DNA from: a virus
Lineage: Duplodnaviria; Caudoviricetes
IMG/VR virus record: IMGVR_UViG_3300032212_000123
Coordinates: 1-26,925 of that record
Length of the DNA: 26,925 bases
Strand: one strand, 5' to 3'
The notes under the pieces are model-generated. The model ran no database searches. It was not told where the DNA came from and was given only the letters and a program-made list of their open reading frames with translations. Shown piece after piece: positions 25,368 through 26,925 of this stretch; position 1 is the stretch's first letter; every line of letters starts with the position of its first letter. Both the position numbers and the translations under genes were made by a program.

Positions 25368-26692
25368 TTTTCGACGCCGTAAAATTTGCGGCCGTCGTCG
25401 TTCTCGCTTTGATCTTGGACGACTTCGACCCGCCTCCGGTCTCTCGGTTGGGTCCGGAACTAGCGGCGGGCCCTCGCCCGTCGTTCCTCGTCGTCTCGAT
25501 GGATTGCGTAGGCGTTTACGAATTGCTTTCGGATCCCTCGATCTCGACCCCGACGATCGATTTACTCCGAGCGGGTTCCGCAACCTTCCCCCGCGCGCAC
25601 ACCTCGGCGCCAATGTGTTCGCCCTCGAGAACGTGTTTAACGGGAGACTACGGTCGACGGCATGGGATCGGGCGGATCGTCACGCCAAACGCTCCGAACG
25701 ACCTCGCGCCGACGGAGACGCTCGCCTCTGTATTTAGCTCGGCGGGCTACGCGACGGCGGCCGTCGGGAAATGGCACCTATCGAGCGGAGCGAACTATCC
25801 GGTCGAATTGGCGCCTGGGCTTTTTGGATTCGACAATTGGCGCGCGATTGCGGCCTTCAATCCGGCCGCGACCAAACCCGGCGGGACCTTTTTCGACTGG
25901 ACGAGGATCGACGACGGGGTCGCCTCGGATTCGCTCGAGTACATGACGGCGGCCCAAGTCGAGGCGGCGGTCGAATGGATCGACGAAACGAGCGGGCCGT
26001 TCTTCCTTTGGTTCTCGTTCTCCGCCGCCCACGATCCGCAACACGAGGCGCCGCCGCCGTACTACTCCGGCCCGCCCGCAATTACGGAGCGCGACAAATT
26101 CGAAAGCTCGATCGAGGCCCTCGATAATCGCCTCGCGGTTCTTTTGGCGGCCGTCGACCTCTCCTCGACTTACGTCGTCCTCTGGTCGGATAATGGAGTC
26201 CCCGACTCGGTCGCCGAGGATCCGGAACAAGTCGGAAAGCTAAAACAGACGCTCTACCAGGGGGGAATCCAGACGCCGCTTTTTATTGCGGGGCCTGGAA
26301 TTGTTCCCGGACCTCGCCGCCGTCTCGTTTCGACGGTCGACTTTTTCCCGACCCTTCTCGATCTAGCCGGAGTTCCCGGGTCGACTCCGGACTCGCGATC
26401 CTTTGCCGATACGCTGGGAGGAATCGCGTCGACGCCTCGGCGGGAGGCCCTATTTGCGGAGAGATTCGGACCGAACTTTCTAGGCGGAACCGTTCCCCCG
26501 CCGTCGGCTTTTACGGCTCGAGAGCGCGCGATCGTTTCGGCGGAGGGGTTCAAGCTTCTCGTCGAAGAGGACCTCGGGATCGAAACTTTCCGCGCCCTCT
26601 ACAACCTCCAAACCGACCCCCTCGAGCTGACCCCGCTATTCGATCCGGTCGAGGAATCGAAACTCCAGGCGCTTCTAGACCTCTTCCCATAG
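25364..26692 (+). CDS. formylglycine-dependent (S1) sulfatase-like hydrolase with an N-terminal hydrophobic segment
   Basis: TP.ID.L, CSPSR, LTG, AGYATAAVGKWHL, PFFLW, SDNG, K.TLYQGGI.TPL..GPG, D..PTLLDLAG, LYNL..DP.E. GTG start overlaps the upstream TGA. Confidence 0.92.
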   Translation: MIFDAVKFAAVVVLALILDDFDPPPVSRLGPELAAGPRPSFLVVSMDCVGVYELLSDPSISTPTIDLLRAGSATFPRAHTSAPMCSPSRTCLTGDYGRRHGIGRIVTPNAPNDLAPTETLASVFSSAGYATAAVGKWHLSSGANYPVELAPGLFGFDNWRAIAAFNPAATKPGGTFFDWTRIDDGVASDSLEYMTAAQVEAAVEWIDETSGPFFLWFSFSAAHDPQHEAPPPYYSGPPAITERDKFESSIEALDNRLAVLLAAVDLSSTYVVLWSDNGVPDSVAEDPEQVGKLKQTLYQGGIQTPLFIAGPGIVPGPRRRLVSTVDFFPTLLDLAGVPGSTPDSRSFADTLGGIASTPRREALFAERFGPNFLGGTVPPPSAFTARERAIVSAEGFKLLVEEDLGIETFRALYNLQTDPLELTPLFDPVEESKLQALLDLFP

Positions 26693-26701
26693 GCGCCGCC
26701 C

Positions 26702-26925
26702 ATGCCCTCGGACAATATCGAGACGATCGGGGTCGGCAAGGACCATACGACGATCGACGACTGGAAAGCGGCCCACGACGGGGAGGACCTCGTCGCGGAC
26801 GACGTCCGGCAAATTGGCGAGGTTTTCGGCTCGCACGTACAAACCGCGACGCTTTATTTCCGACAGTCGACCTCTGGAACCGTTACCGATTCCGAGCGAT
26901 ACCGCTGGCTCCGTCCCGCCGCTGG
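26702..26925 (+). CDS. 5' part of a probable tail-associated protein (partial, runs off the right edge)
   Basis: ATG 26702 is open to the end of the window. MPSDNIETIGVGKDHTTIDDWKAA...DLVADD...GEV...TDSERYRWL resembles the cap of phage beta-helix proteins. Confidence 0.55.
   Translation, partial: MPSDNIETIGVGKDHTTIDDWKAAHDGEDLVADDVRQIGEVFGSHVQTATLYFRQSTSGTVTDSERYRWLRPAA

Noticed and set aside
23030-26925. Diversity-generating retroelement or invertible fibre cassette
   Set aside because: No reverse transcriptase, invertase, TR/VR repeat pair or inverted fibre copy was seen.
1-26925. Stop-codon reassignment
   Set aside because: Conserved genes are full length under code 11 and end in TAA, TAG or TGA at the expected positions.

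Overview
This window is a GC-rich, essentially all + strand late region of a tailed phage or prophage, predicted to be a myovirus. 1-3436 holds small accessory ORFs (including a tandem paralogue pair), a displaced gpZ-like tail completion gene, an exported beta-helix-like protein and a small Cys-rich protein. About 3470-3650 is palindrome-rich and contains a lambda cosQ/cos-like sequence. 3.7-11.0 kb is a lambda-like packaging and head module: terS, GpA-type terL, gpW, portal, fused prohead protease/major capsid, DUF2190 cement and head-tail joining protein. 11.0-24.3 kb is a complete Mu-like contractile tail: terminator, DUF2635, sheath, tube, chaperone with a -1 slippery site, short tape measure, gpN, gp44-gp48 baseplate and fibre. 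After this come two membrane proteins, a tail-associated protein, a CxPxR-type sulfatase and the start of another tail-associated protein. The most unusual part is the predicted adsorption apparatus. The normally ~200-aa Mu gp48/YmfQ wedge protein is ~825 aa, with an N-terminal SGNH/SASA O-acetylesterase-like domain lacking its catalytic residues and a LamG-like lectin inserted inside the wedge domain. A sulfatase lies a few genes downstream in the same cluster. No integrase, replication gene, endolysin, RNA gene or CRISPR array was recognised. All family calls come from motif recognition by eye, not from database searches.
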